The notes beneath the pieces were generated by a model. It ran no database searches, was not told the origin of the DNA, and worked only from the letters and a program-made list of their open reading frames with translations. The translations under genes and the position numbers were made by a program. This document shows positions 1-11,607 of a DNA stretch of 63,756 bases, one piece after another. The stretch comes from Octopus bimaculoides (taxonomy: Eukaryota): contig NC_068990.1 of the NCBI RefSeq assembly GCF_001194135.2, forward strand, positions 33,131,219-33,194,974. Direction: 5' to 3'. How positions within the stretch are numbered: position 1 is the first letter of the stretch; every line of letters begins with the position of its first letter.

Positions 1-130
1 ATCCAGCTGTAGAAACTCTGCCAAATCAGACTGGAGCCTGGTGTTGCCATCCGGTTTCACCAGTCCTCAGTCAAATCGTCCAACCCATGCTAGCATGGAA
101 AGCGGACGTTAAACGATGATGATGATGATG
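1..130 (+). mobile_element. SINE/LINE-tail family B (ends ...CCCATGCTAGCATGGAAAGCGGACGTTAAAC-(GAT)n), 3' end, cut by window edge
   Basis: Near-identical to the reverse complement of copies at 14191, 14564 and 35690; (GAT)n tail. Confidence 0.85.
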
Positions 131-174
131 ATATATATATATATATAATATATATAATATATATATAATAGCTA

Positions 175-229
<55 letters not shown>

Positions 230-260
230 TAAGCATACATATTTACATACTCATGTATAG
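131..260. repeat. (TA)n/(CA)n microsatellite
   Basis: Directly visible. Confidence 0.95.
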
Positions 261-1200
261 ATACATATATACATATATTCATATCATATTGATGAATAAA
301 TGCATAGACAAAGTAGTACATGTTTGAATTTCTTCTAAAAATCCTTCATGGCATTATAGCAATAGTCAACATTTAGTAGTCGATTGTGTATGTTACACCA
401 GTCAGCTGTATCCTATATTATATTACCATATATTATATTTTAGACTCTGCAACTGTATACTATATGATATGGTATTCAATACATATAAGGCTGCAAAGCT
501 GCACTTTATACTATATACTATGTAATATGTACCACATCACACAGCTATACACTATATGTAAGTATGAGACCACTGAATAACATACAGAGAAAAAAATCAT
601 ACATATTAATATTAATGACTTAAAAAAAAAAAAAAAAGAGAGAGAGAGAAAGAATGAGAGTAAGAGAAACTGGCAATTAATGTTAATGACTCACTTAAGG
701 AAGGGAGATAATTTCAGTACATTAAGAAATGGAAAAAAAATTAACCTTTTACTTTGAGAAAAATCTGATCTTTGCTAACAATCTTTGATCTTAATCTTGC
801 CATTATTTTATTTGAGTTATTTTCCTTGGATCAATTTTTTTGCGTTTTATTATACAAATTATTACTGTTGAAACCTATTTGTAAAAGCCAATATTTATTG
901 ATCTATATAGTTTCTCATGTCTATACTTCACTGTTGAAGTACAATAAGACTGAAACATCTCCACAGTAGCTGCCACTCTGTACACGAGTATGTGTGTCTG
1001 GAAATTTATGAAAATGTGATTTTATATATCTGTAGGAGTGCACGTATGCATATCTGCATATAAGATGTATCTGTGTGAGTAAGTTTTGCATGCATGTGTA
1101 TGTATATATTTATGTATGTAAATATATATATACACATACATATATGTATGCATATGTATGTATGTATATATTTAGTTTAAACCAAGCATGCTCAATAGAC

Positions 1201-1355
1201 ACAGGCATGGCTATGTGGTAAGAAGTTTGCTTCCCAATTACATGGTTTTGGGTTCAGTCTCACTGTATGATATCTTGGGCAAGTATCTTCCTCTATAGCC
1301 TTGAGCCAACCAAAGCCTTGTGAGTAGATTTGGCAGATGGAAACTCAAAGAAGAT
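1201..1355 (+). mobile_element. tRNA-derived SINE family A, head only
   Basis: A-box-like TGGCTATGTGG, B-box-like GGTTCAGTCT and core-like CTTGGGCAAG; matches the 9455 copy. Confidence 0.8.
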
Positions 1356-1367
1356 GATCATATATAT

Positions 1368-1680
1368 CATCATCATCATCATTTAACGTCTGTTGTCTAT
1401 GCTGGCATGGGTTGGACGGTTTGACCAGGGCTGGCAAGCTGGAAGGTTGCACCAGACCCCAGTCTGTTTTGGTATGGTTTCTACAGCTGGATGCCCTTCC
1501 TAATGCCAACCACGCTGAGAGTGTAATGAGTGCCTTTATATGCCACTGGCACAGGTGCCATTTGCGTGACCTCAGTATCTACCACGACTGCAGTTTTACT
1601 TGGCTTGATGGGTGCTCTTCTGAAGCACAGCATAATGCCAAGTGGACTTGATCATTGCCTCCATGAGGCCCAACAGTCGA
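1368..1680 (-). mobile_element. SINE family B copy
   Basis: (CAT)n followed by TTTAACGTCTGTTGTCTATGCTGGCATGGGTTGGACG; homologous to 14191 and 26697. Confidence 0.8.
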
Positions 1681-1861
1681 AGCCCGATATAATGTCAAAT
1701 GGTCTATATATTATCCAACGTGTACAGTATTATATATCTATTACGGCTGATCTTACCAATTGGTTTTGCACTAGAGATTCAACAGAGTGTTAGGTAACAA
1801 TCCAATTAAGTAAGCCTATACTCATCAGAGGTAACTGATAGGGAATGAAATCTATGTGCAT

Positions 1862-2090
1862 GTATGTCTTTGCGTCTGTGTTTGTCTCTCACCCTCACCA
1901 CCACTTGATAACTGGTGTTTGTGTTTATGTCCCAGTAACTTAGTGGTTTGCCAGAAAGGACTGATAGAATACGTATCATGTTTAAAATAAAAGTAAGAGC
2001 TGGAGTTGATTCATTCAACTAAAATTCTTCAAGGAGGTACCCAAGCTTGGCCACAGTCTGATGAGTGGAAACACGTAAAAGATAGAAAGA
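1862..2090 (+). mobile_element. SINE family A tail-1 segment (diverged)
   Basis: Colinear with 9645-9848. Confidence 0.7.
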
Positions 2091-2719
2091 TAAAAGAATT
2101 GGTTCCTTGTCAAAGAAAACTTTGGTTAATTACTATATTTTCTGTGATACAAGCTGAATTTTCCAGACCAAAATTTAGAACCAAAAATTGAAGGTCAACT
2201 TATAGACTTCAAAGAACCAAAAATCCCATGTGAAATGCAACAGAATTTTGAAGATAGCAATGATGGTTGAATATTTACACAATATGTTTACAGTATAAAC
2301 TACATTGAATTTAATGCTGATAAATATGATATGTTTTTCTATAGAGGTTAAATATCAATGAAATATGGACAATAGTTGAACACGAAAATAATGAACCTAA
2401 TGGAAAACAATTAAAATATGCAAGTGATGGATGCTTAGTGATGATAATGTTTATGTAGACCAGTGAAGAAGTTATCCTTGATAACTACAAGTCCAAGCGC
2501 CACAGTTGGAGACTGCCAGTTTAAAAGGTCATGAGAGAACTGTAGGGAGGAAGATAAAAGAGAAAGAGGGAGGGTAGTAGTAAAGGAGGTAGTGGAGGTG
2601 GTTGGGTTGAAAGATTTGAAACAGCAGTATAAAAATTGGCAGGTATGTATATAAGCTAACATCTCAGATGCAAATGACAAAAATAATGGCCATACAGATA
2701 TAAAAATAAAAGAGAAACA

Positions 2720-2861
2720 CATATATATATATATATGTATGTATGTATGTATGTATATGTGTGTATATCTATGTATGTATGTATCTATCTATCTATCTAT
2801 ATATGTATGTATGTATGTATATGTGTGTGTATGTATGTAGGTATGTATGTATGTATGTATA

Positions 2862-2892
<31 letters not shown>

Positions 2893-2955
2893 ATATATAT
2901 ATATATATATAGTTAGATAGATAGAAAGAGAGGGGGAGAGAGAGAGAAAGAGAGA
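2720..2955. repeat. Compound (TA)n/(TATG)n/(TATC)n/(GA)n microsatellite
   Basis: Directly visible. Confidence 0.95.
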
Positions 2956-4339
2956 TGGGAAATGATGGGGAGGATATACCTGAGGGAGTGGGGTGGAAAA
3001 ATACAGTGTGAGTGTGGGAGAGGTGGATCAGTGAAGAAGATGAAAGAAAATGTAAAGTGAAATTGAAGATTAAGATAAAAGGAATCAAAGGACAGCAAAA
3101 ACTGAAAACAGAAACCACACACACACACACACACACACACACGCGTAGTGTGTGTGCATGCATGTGTATGTATACATACATACAGACAGACAGAAACAAA
3201 CACATGCACACTTATACATGCTCATACATATATACACAGACATAGATAGAAAGATATATAATGTAGAAAAAATGTTTGAAAAAAAATACAAGAACGTTTA
3301 ATGATAGAAAAAGAAATAGTATTTATATTGAAAAATATTTTATTTCTCTGGTTGTTGTTTTTGTTTAGTTCAGAGGTCATTGAGTACAACTGATGTGACT
3401 TGAGACCTTCATACAGACAACAGCGTTGTTTATACAAACACCATTATTTTAATGAAAGAAAAATTCATAATTATTATTGTAACAATAATTTTAACTTATT
3501 GAAATGTGACCTTCAATGTTATCTGGATGCTGAGAGTAAACAGCAAGCAACTTTATGGTGATCCTCTTACTACTGACTGATAGCAATAATATATATAACA
3601 AGTGGATTCGATCATGTTTTTGCCATATAAAAATCACAATTTGATCGAGTGTGCAAATTCAGTTGTGGTTCAATCAATAGCTGTTGTTCATGTAGCAGTT
3701 TGGTGGCATAACAAGAACTTCCACTGAACACAGCTAACAAATACAACTCAATTGAGAGCCAAGACTTCAGAGTGATTCAGTCCCTGGTGGTGTTCACTCT
3801 CCACACATAGCTGTTTTCACACCTACGTATTCAACATGGAACAACCAAAGAAGACACACCATGGCAATAAGAACATGTATCGACGTGTAAAGATTAGCTC
3901 AAATGTTGAATTTCTAACAAAATCTTTCTGCACTAGTCATATACATTGTTTTATCTGAATATTTCTTTACTTATATTACATGAACACCTATATTAATGCA
4001 TCAATAAATTATGTTCATAAACTTAAAGCAGCCTTCCATCATCACCAGAATTTAAACTATGTCTTCTCTCACTTTTTCTTATCACTATTACTATTACTGC
4101 AGCAGTGGCCCTTGCACTTTGAAGTTGGCTAGTCTCATACCTCCTCCAGTCAGGTTACCCTGACTCATCTTTCATTTACCCACTTGTATACCACCTATGT
4201 ATATTATGCCCACATACCTTACTCACAACATGAGCCTCTCTCTAGAATTCTCCCTCCCTCTTCATGTTTTCCTTGTGGTTGACGACTTGCATCTATAGAA
4301 AAGGAATGTTAATCATAGTATTTAATAATAATCACAATA

Positions 4340-4600
4340 TATTGAAGGGTCACCAGTAAAGCACATTTTTCCAGACCAATTATAAGAAAGGAAAACAAAA
4401 ACACTGCTGTGTACTGTCTGTGATACCAGTGTTGCCCATCATCCAAATTATGATTTAGGAACAACCACATGGGAGGGTGAACTATGGGTGTCCTTCCAAA
4501 ATTATCGTTGAAAACATTATGGATAACAGTGGTGGTATGATTGCCGAAGAACTTAGGAACATAGGAGATGTGATGTGTCTGTCATTGTGATTGATGTAAG
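4340..4600 (+). mobile_element. RTE-like LINE, 3' end of ORF (decayed)
   Basis: Manual translation EQPHGRVNYGCPSKIIVENIMDNSGGMIAEELRN resembles the RTE C-terminal WEPxHGxxxxGRPxxTxxDxxxxDTG...ELRN pattern. Confidence 0.5.
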
Positions 4601-5073
4601 TGTAAATAGTTACTGTCGATAGATGATGATGTTGACGATGACATAGATTGGACAGATTTTCAAAAGTCTTCCAAATACCTTGCTTGAGGTGCCAGACATT
4701 GTCAGATGTTGTTTGTAAATGTTATGTCAAGTGATCTTTGATCTACCTCAAATAGCACATCAGTAATTTGGTATACTTATGTTAAGACAATATTTAATGG
4801 TAAGAGTTACATATATGTAGAGTTAGGAGCAATGGAGGTGAATGTATTTGTGTTTATAATTTAATCAGAAATGGAGGAGGGTGGTGGCCATGAACTGTGA
4901 TTCCAATGCTTGCAACAAAGCAAACTCTGCCAAAAGCAACTAAGGACCATGTGTCAGTTTTCTGTGATCTTTGGTGCATACACTGTATATGACTTATTTG
5001 TCTTATAACTTTTATATACATATATATTTACAATAGGTCTCACATACACAAACATTTTATATAAGTTCAACAT

Positions 5074-5235
5074 ACAGGCATGGTTGTATGGTAAGAAGCT
5101 TGTTTCCCAACCACTTGGTTCCAGGTTTAGTCCCACTGCCAGGCACCTTTGGGAAGTGTCTTCTACTATAACATCAGGCCAACCAAAATCTTGTGAGTGG
5201 AATTGGTACACAGGAACTGAAAGAAGCTCATCGTA
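5074..5235 (+). mobile_element. SINE family A head
   Basis: Homologous to 9455-9615. Confidence 0.8.
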
Positions 5236-5520
5236 TAATTATATATGATGAGCGTTTGTGATTTTGACTTTCACACATTCATGAGTAGAAAACGTAAGAA
5301 ATTAATCTACATCTTAATTGTTAGACTAATATAATCATGAATATAATTTTAAGTGAGTATGATATCTTTTTTCCATCATAACTTGGATGAAAATATTGCT
5401 ATGATAGTATAGCTTTTAAGAGCTCATTGGAAGTGTCATTCTAGTGCATTGTGAAGTCATTGTATCACAGTGTTGCAAATATTAAATTAAGTTTGAAGTA
5501 CAAAAGAAGCTGATCAGAGG

Positions 5521-5975
5521 AAGTTTAAACTTTTTGGCAATCATTTAGCAAGTATTCTGAGAACATTTAATATCCAAGATCATATCAGTGTTTAACATTA
5601 CCAAAGTATCTATACTGATCTTTATCTATTCCTTTGAACAGACCTGAATTAGATCAGCACCACACCAACCATGCAGAAACAGCTAGGTCACATGTGGGAG
5701 CTCACTGAGGTTAATGATGGCAATAAACTTGCTCAGCTCGATGAATCTGGTTTGGAGGCCTATGAAAAATTGTTCAGAAAACTCAACAATTTTAGGAGGA
5801 AAGACAGGCCAAATTAAAGATCCAAAAGACACATTCACCAGGTCTTTGTTGAAACAAACAGTACCATGGTGCAAGAACATTCCACAAAATAGAGCTCCTT
5901 TGGATATATGGATGAAGAACCTTTGAAAGAAATAGATTCTTTAGCGAATTATATTACATCAAAATCTGACGACTA
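5521..5975 (+). pseudogene. Transib/RAG1-core-like DDE transposase, C-terminal fragment (stops, one frameshift)
   Basis: The frame starting at 5521 reads KFKLFGNHLASILRTFNIQDHISV*HYQSIYTDLYLFL*TDLN*ISTTPTMQKQLGHMWELTEVNDGNKLAQLDESGLEAYEKLFRK. After a frameshift it reads STILGGKTGQIKDPKDTFTRSLLKQTVP. This aligns by eye to the Transib pattern PPTVHKILIH...GQLSEEAQEARNKDF...SRKCS...DVFNRLLLSSDP and to RAG1 HKTLAH...SEGNESGNKLFRR. Confidence 0.7.
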
Positions 5976-6849
5976 AATGTGAGTTAGAAACATTTGGATT
6001 AGTTTTTTGCATCATAGTTATAATTACCAGGTAAATTTTTTCCAGATTTTTTGCAAAATGCAGATAATCTGTAACACATTTTGTCTAGTAAATCCTTCTT
6101 ATTTATTTTGCTTCCTTATTTTATTACAACTGACCCTTGTCCTACCAAACCCACATATCACTTTGAAAAGTAAAAAAACTCTCAAAAGGATATTCTTGAT
6201 ATATTTAGCATTAAAAATTCAACCAAAATTTGATGAATTTTGATGGATAAAAATTATAGAAAGGTGTATCAAATATCAATCAGTTCTTTTGTAAAAAATG
6301 CAAAGGGCAACATTTTGGAATCTGATATTTAATTGGCATATATCTTAAATTTTCAAAATCCAATAGCCTTTAGATGTTATCTGGTGCCCTTTTTTTTTTC
6401 CCAAAAATTACAAAATTCATGTAAAACATGATAAAATTTGAGTAAATTTTACTGGATTTTAGGGATAAATTCCGTAACACCAACGATAACTTCACTGTTT
6501 CTGAAGGTGCAAAAAAAAAAAAAAAAAAGAAAAAACACTAGAATTTGAATAAAACCTATTCTTAGCTGCCTTTCTTCCTTTGGATGACAAAAACAAACAA
6601 ACAAACAAAAAAATTATTATTTATTTATTTTTTTAAAATAGAATTTTCAAGCCATTTTGGTGAATTTTGGCAGGTAAAATTTTGACACTGTTCACATATT
6701 GTTTATTTACAAGTATATCCCAAGTTCAAAATGCCATAAAATTTCTTAAAATTGAAATTTTGGTCAACTTTCTTTTTTTTTTTTGTGTTAGCTTAGACAT
6801 TTATAGTAATTTTCAGAAATTACAACAAAGTATACACTTGGAGACCTTC

Positions 6850-7290
6850 GATTTTTTGAGAATGTTCAGCCTTGGGTTTGCATTACTCCTGTGTGTTCAA
6901 GGCATCTGGAGACATCTGTTATTCCTCCCTTCTGAACCAACTTGTCTATGTAACTATTGTTCAGCAGAAAGCTGGTAAGTTTCTTAGACATAATGCTGAA
7001 GAAAATCTTGCTCTCTATGCAGAGTAAGGAGATGATTCAAAATTCTCAGCTCTCTTTTCTCATGATTTGGCAACCTTCCCTCTCCTGTGAATCATCTTCA
7101 TGGCCTTCCAAAGCCAATGGAATGCTTTTGCACAGTCCATTATATGGCACTCTGCTTTGGTTTGGTTATGAGTTAGATCTTTCCCTTCTTACAACATCTT
7201 CAGGTAAAGATCCTTCTAGTTGAATTTTATTGTTGGTCCTGGTGATGCTGTGACTTGTGTGGGGCTCAGTGGTTGGCCTCTCTCACTGTT
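6850..7290 (-). mobile_element. RLE-type non-LTR retrotransposon (R2/Hero/NeSL-like) RT fragment
   Basis: Minus strand reads ISLLCIESKIFFSIMSKKLTSFLLNNSYIDKLVQKGGITDVSRCLEHTGVM, typical of RT domains 1-2 in this group (ISLLxxEGKIF...QKGGxxxxxGCLEH). Confidence 0.7.
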
Positions 7291-7794
7291 ACTGTAAACA
7301 CTCATGACAATGTAAATATTTTATTTCATAACAATATAATTTTTTTTGTCCAATGTAAAATTTCTGTGTAGTCTGCTTCTTTATATATTTTTCACTACAA
7401 TTCACCCTGTGGAAAACTTTTTTATTGAACCTTTTCACTATATGTATATATATTATAATTGTTATATGTCCACTTTCTATATTGGAATGGGTCAGAAATG
7501 TCCACATCGTCCAATTCAATTTTTATTCAGAATTCCTACCCTCCTAAACAGATGGGTTACCATATACTGCTCAATCCTTTTGGCGTCTTTGTTATAGATA
7601 CAGCTTCGAAAATTTTAACATTTGTATAATTTTAATGAAAATATTTTAAAATTAAGTATACTCTTGATTGCTAAAACAGGAGTAGAAAATATTTGTCAGT
7701 CTAGCATACTGAGCCAATTAGAATTATGGCTGGATCTTGTTTTATGCAATATCTGTAGTCATATTTAAACTACTGAGGGTTGTGGATTGGAAGA

Positions 7795-7995
7795 ATCATA
7801 AGAGTCATGTAGAACAGCAATTACTTGTGCACTTTTAAGTTCTGAGTTCAAATCCCACTCAGGTTAACTTTTCCTTTCATCCTTTTGTGGTGGGGGTGGG
7901 AGGGGGTCAATAAAAGAATTCCTGTTGAGTTCTGAGTGGGGGTTAATCTATTCCCCCCCCCCTCCAAATATGCGGTCTTGCGTTCGTATTAGAAA
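7795..7995 (+). mobile_element. SINE family C, old diverged copy
   Basis: TTCTGAGTTCAAATCCCACTCAGGTTAACTTTTCCTTTCATCCTTT matches the family C body. Confidence 0.55.
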
Positions 7996-8251
7996 TCAAT
8001 ATTTAAACTGCTGCCCATCAGCCATTAGTGTAACAACTTTCCACTGCCAGTGAGTCTCATCACCTCTAAAACAAACAGTCGTAAAACAGCAGAAATATAA
8101 AATAATTTTGTGTTCCATAATTACATCCGTTGTAAGTTCTTGTTTAGACAGAACTCATTTGTCAACTTACAAACGAGAACATTATATAACAAGCAATTAC
8201 AAAACTTCTTGTCTGCCTCTGTGTAAGCAGTATTGTGTATTTGAAAGTGTC

Positions 8252-8285
<34 letters not shown>

Positions 8286-8379
8286 CATGCATGTACACGT
8301 CTGTTTGTATGTGTAATACACATGTATGCGTGTGCTTGTTTGTTGGCAAGCATAATGGTCAATAAAAAAGTGGCGTATC

Positions 8380-8613
8380 TATTGCACTTTCTTTGATTTT
8401 TCTTGAGATTGTTATTATTGTTGTTGTCGTTGCTGCTGCTTTTGTTGTTTCTGTTGTTGCTGCTGGTACTGGTGCTGCTGTTATCATTACAGTAACAACT
8501 ACACCTCTTATAAATTTGTGGCTTTGTTCCAATGAAAGAAATTATTATTATCATTATTGTTGCTACAACAACTACTAATACTTGTACTGTTATTTTCATT
8601 ATCATTATCATAA

Positions 8614-8647
<34 letters not shown>

Positions 8648-8850
8648 GATGATGATGATGATGATGGTTATTATCATGATCATTATTATTATTATTATTA
8701 TCAACAAGATATTCCTTATCATTATTACCAATATATATGATATTTAAATATATTTAAGAAGCTATAATAATTATTATCAACAAGAACGGCATTATAATCA
8801 TCATTACTACTATTGCTACTGCCACTGCTGCTACTACTACTTATTCCATT
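8380..8850. repeat. Trinucleotide low-complexity tract (GTT/GCT/ATT/GAT/ACT)
   Basis: Directly visible; source of the poly-I/N/L ORFs. Confidence 0.9.
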
Positions 8851-9280
8851 TATTGACCTCTTATTGCCTGCCTTACCTCCCCCACATGTGGAGCTATCAA
8901 GCCTCTTGATATATTTTTCAGATATCTGACTTTGGTGCCAAATAAAATGGATTTCCTGATTTCTTGGCAGCTAAAAGTTTTGTGGATGAGTCAGCAGCAG
9001 GATGAAGCCAATATAATATTTACTGTAACAATTTAAAATGAAACAGTTTCATCGGAGCCAGACTAGTGAGAAAACATTCTGTTTCTCACCAACACCAACC
9101 AAGGAAGTAGACTGGAATGGACGAAACAAAGTTAGGATCTAGATATTACTTCATTTAAACTAATAATATCTGTATTATCTGAGGAAGGCATGGATATCTT
9201 GGAATAAAATTCTCCACTGTTGTAGATTTCTAAGCCTTTGTCTACATAAATCAATGATTTATACAAATCTTCTGTCTATT

Positions 9281-9450
9281 ATAGGTGTAGGAATGGCTGT
9301 GAGGCAAGAAATTTGCTTCCCAGCTACAGGGTTCTGAGTTCAATTCCAGTGTGTAACAATTTGGGAAAATGTCTTCTTCTATATTCCTAGGCCTACCACA
9401 GCCTTATGGGTGGATCTGATAGACAGAAACTGAAAGAAGCCCTTTATATA
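9281..9450 (+). mobile_element. SINE family A head (older copy)
   Basis: Diverged homologue of 9455-9615. Confidence 0.75.
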
Positions 9451-9454
9451 TATA

Positions 9455-9848
9455 GGCGCAGGAGTGGCTGTGCGGTAAGTAGCTTGCTTACCGACCACAT
9501 GGTTCCGGGTTCAGTCCCACTGCATGGGACCTTGGGCAAGTGTTTTCTACTATAGCCTTGGGCCGACCAAAGCCTTGTGAGTGGATTTGGTAGGCAGAAA
9601 CTGAAAGAAGCCCGTCATGTATATGTATATGTATATATATGTGTGTGTGTTTGTCCCCCCCAACATTGCTTGACAACCGATGCTGGTGTGTTTATGTCCC
9701 CGTAACTTAGCGGTTCGGCAAAAAGAGACCAATAAAATAAGTACTAGGCTTACAAAGAATAAGTCCCGGGGTTGATTCGTTCGACTAAAGGTAGTGCTCC
9801 AGCATGGCTGCAGTCAAATGACGGAAACAAGTAAAAGAGTAAAAGAGT
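9455..9848 (+). mobile_element. Full-length SINE family A (head + TA/TG linker + tail-1), young
   Basis: GGCGCAGGAG-TGGCTGTGCGG (A box), GGTTCAGTCCC (B box), CCTTGGGCAAG core-like motif, 3' (AAAAGAGT) repeats. Confidence 0.9.
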
Positions 9849-9859
9849 ATATATATATG

Positions 9860-10110
9860 GAAGTGTGTGTGTTTGTGTGTGTTATTGCTTGTTTGCCTTG
9901 GTATCAATTGACAGTTGCAAATGGGTGTCACCATCTTCCAAACAATGTCCTTCATTTCCAGTCTTTCATGAAAACATGTCCAACTACGGAGAAATACTAC
10001 CTTACTTGGAAACAGGTGAAAGTTGGTGACAGGAAGGGCCTCTCTAGCTGTAAAAAAATCCACTTCACCAAATTCCATCTGACCCATGCAAGTGGATGTC
10101 AACTAATGAT
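9860..10110 (+). mobile_element. SINE tail-2 segment ending in (GAT)n
   Basis: Homologous to 39020-39240 and 58470-58700 (CCTTACTTGGAAACAGGTGA...GACCCATGCAAG). Confidence 0.7.
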
Positions 10111-10300
10111 GATGACTGTTGCTAGGCATGCATTGCACCCTTTCAGTATTTTGTTACATTCCTTTATGAAATGAATTCAAATACTGCCAAGGTTAACTTA
10201 TCCCTTTCATCTTTTCAAGTTAAAACCAAAGTTTCAGTCAAGCACCAGAAAGAATAAAACAGTCTGCTCTGACCTCTTTCCTTTTATCTTTGTTTTGTTT

Positions 10301-10705
10301 TCTCTTTTACTTGTTTCAGTAATTAGACTGCAGCTATGTTGGGCCACCACTTTGAAGAATTCTTAGCTGAATGAACTGACCCCAGTACTTATTTTTCTTT
10401 AAAAGCCCGATACTTATTCTATCAGTCTGTTTCACTGAACTACTAAGTTACGGGGGACATAAACACACCAACAACAGTTGTCAAGCAGTGGCATTGGTGG
10501 GACAAACAGACACAAAAATGCACACACACACTGACACACACATATATAAATACAACAGGTTTCTTTCAGTTTCTGTCAATCAAATCCACTCACAAGGTTT
10601 TAAGCTATTGTAGAAGAAACTTACCCAGGTTACCTTAGTGGGTCTGAACTCAGAACCATGTGGTTGGGAAGCAAGCTTCTTATCACACAGCCAAGTGTAT
10701 GCCTG
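10301..10705 (-). mobile_element. Full-length SINE family A (tail-1)
   Basis: Reverse complement of 9455-9848. Confidence 0.85.
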
Positions 10706-11479
10706 AAAGTGTCTGCAAATATGTATGTATTTGTATGTACACAAATATGTATTAATCTATGTGTGAGTGGGTGGTGGACTGTAGTGATATGGTTGCAAAC
10801 TGGCAATGAAAGAGCAGCATAACAACAGTAGAAGAGCAGCATAAAGGCAGTAGAAGTGCAGTGCCATGATATAGAAGAACAGTGTAATGGCAGTGGAAGA
10901 GCAGTATAATAGCAGTGTTATGGCAGTGGAAAAGCTGATGTCATTAACTCCACTCTACTCCATTCACTACAGCTTGTGGCTTTGTAACAATGGAGATGGT
11001 AAGAAAAGCTCGTTAAAATAGCATAGCACTGGATAAAATTCACTAAAATGCTTATTGCTGACCCTCCAGCTTCTAAGTCAACAATCACTATTAGGACACT
11101 AAATGAAAAGGTCACTAGCTTACTTGGTCACAAAGTCACTATGTCACAAGGTTACTAGGAAGTGTTTATTATTACTGGGTTTCGTTGTGTTCAGAAACTG
11201 CCAACTTTACATTTAATCTGTCAACATTCTGTCAGCTGAACAGTGAGGTCAATTGAACTATGAAGTTTCTCTTTATCAATCAGACTAACAGACAGACTCA
11301 CACACACACACACAGACACACACACACACACAAGGTGGTAAACTGATATATAAACAGGCATGTAGATAGGAAGATAGATAGACAGGTTGATAGACAAGTA
11401 AATAATCAGATAGATATATCCATCACCCTGTAAGATAGATAGATAGATAACGTATAAAAATGTAGACTGGTGGCTATAC

Positions 11480-11493
11480 AGACAGGTACATAC

Positions 11494-11560
<67 letters not shown>

Positions 11561-11571
11561 TAGATAGATAA

Positions 11572-11607
<36 letters not shown>

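Noticed and set aside
2435-2540. Minus-strand terminal exon FSHDLLNWQSPTVALGLVVIKDNFF...
   Set aside because: The pyrimidine tract is good, but the plus strand gives an equally plausible reading; undecidable without RNA data.
5466-5472. CACAGTG as the definite left TIR of the Transib-like element
   Set aside because: No matching 5-bp TSD with the candidate right end, only weak similarity beyond the heptamer, and a 7-mer is expected by chance.
8900-9270. Additional LINE RT remnant (also 46170-46370 and 59705-59940)
   Set aside because: Only one short motif each (VDF.KAF-like, RRxxWWGH-like, LVTG..G-like); too decayed to support by eye.
9455-9530. tRNA genes at SINE heads (families A, C, D)
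   Set aside because: A/B boxes are present but there is no complete cloverleaf, and each continues into a SINE body.
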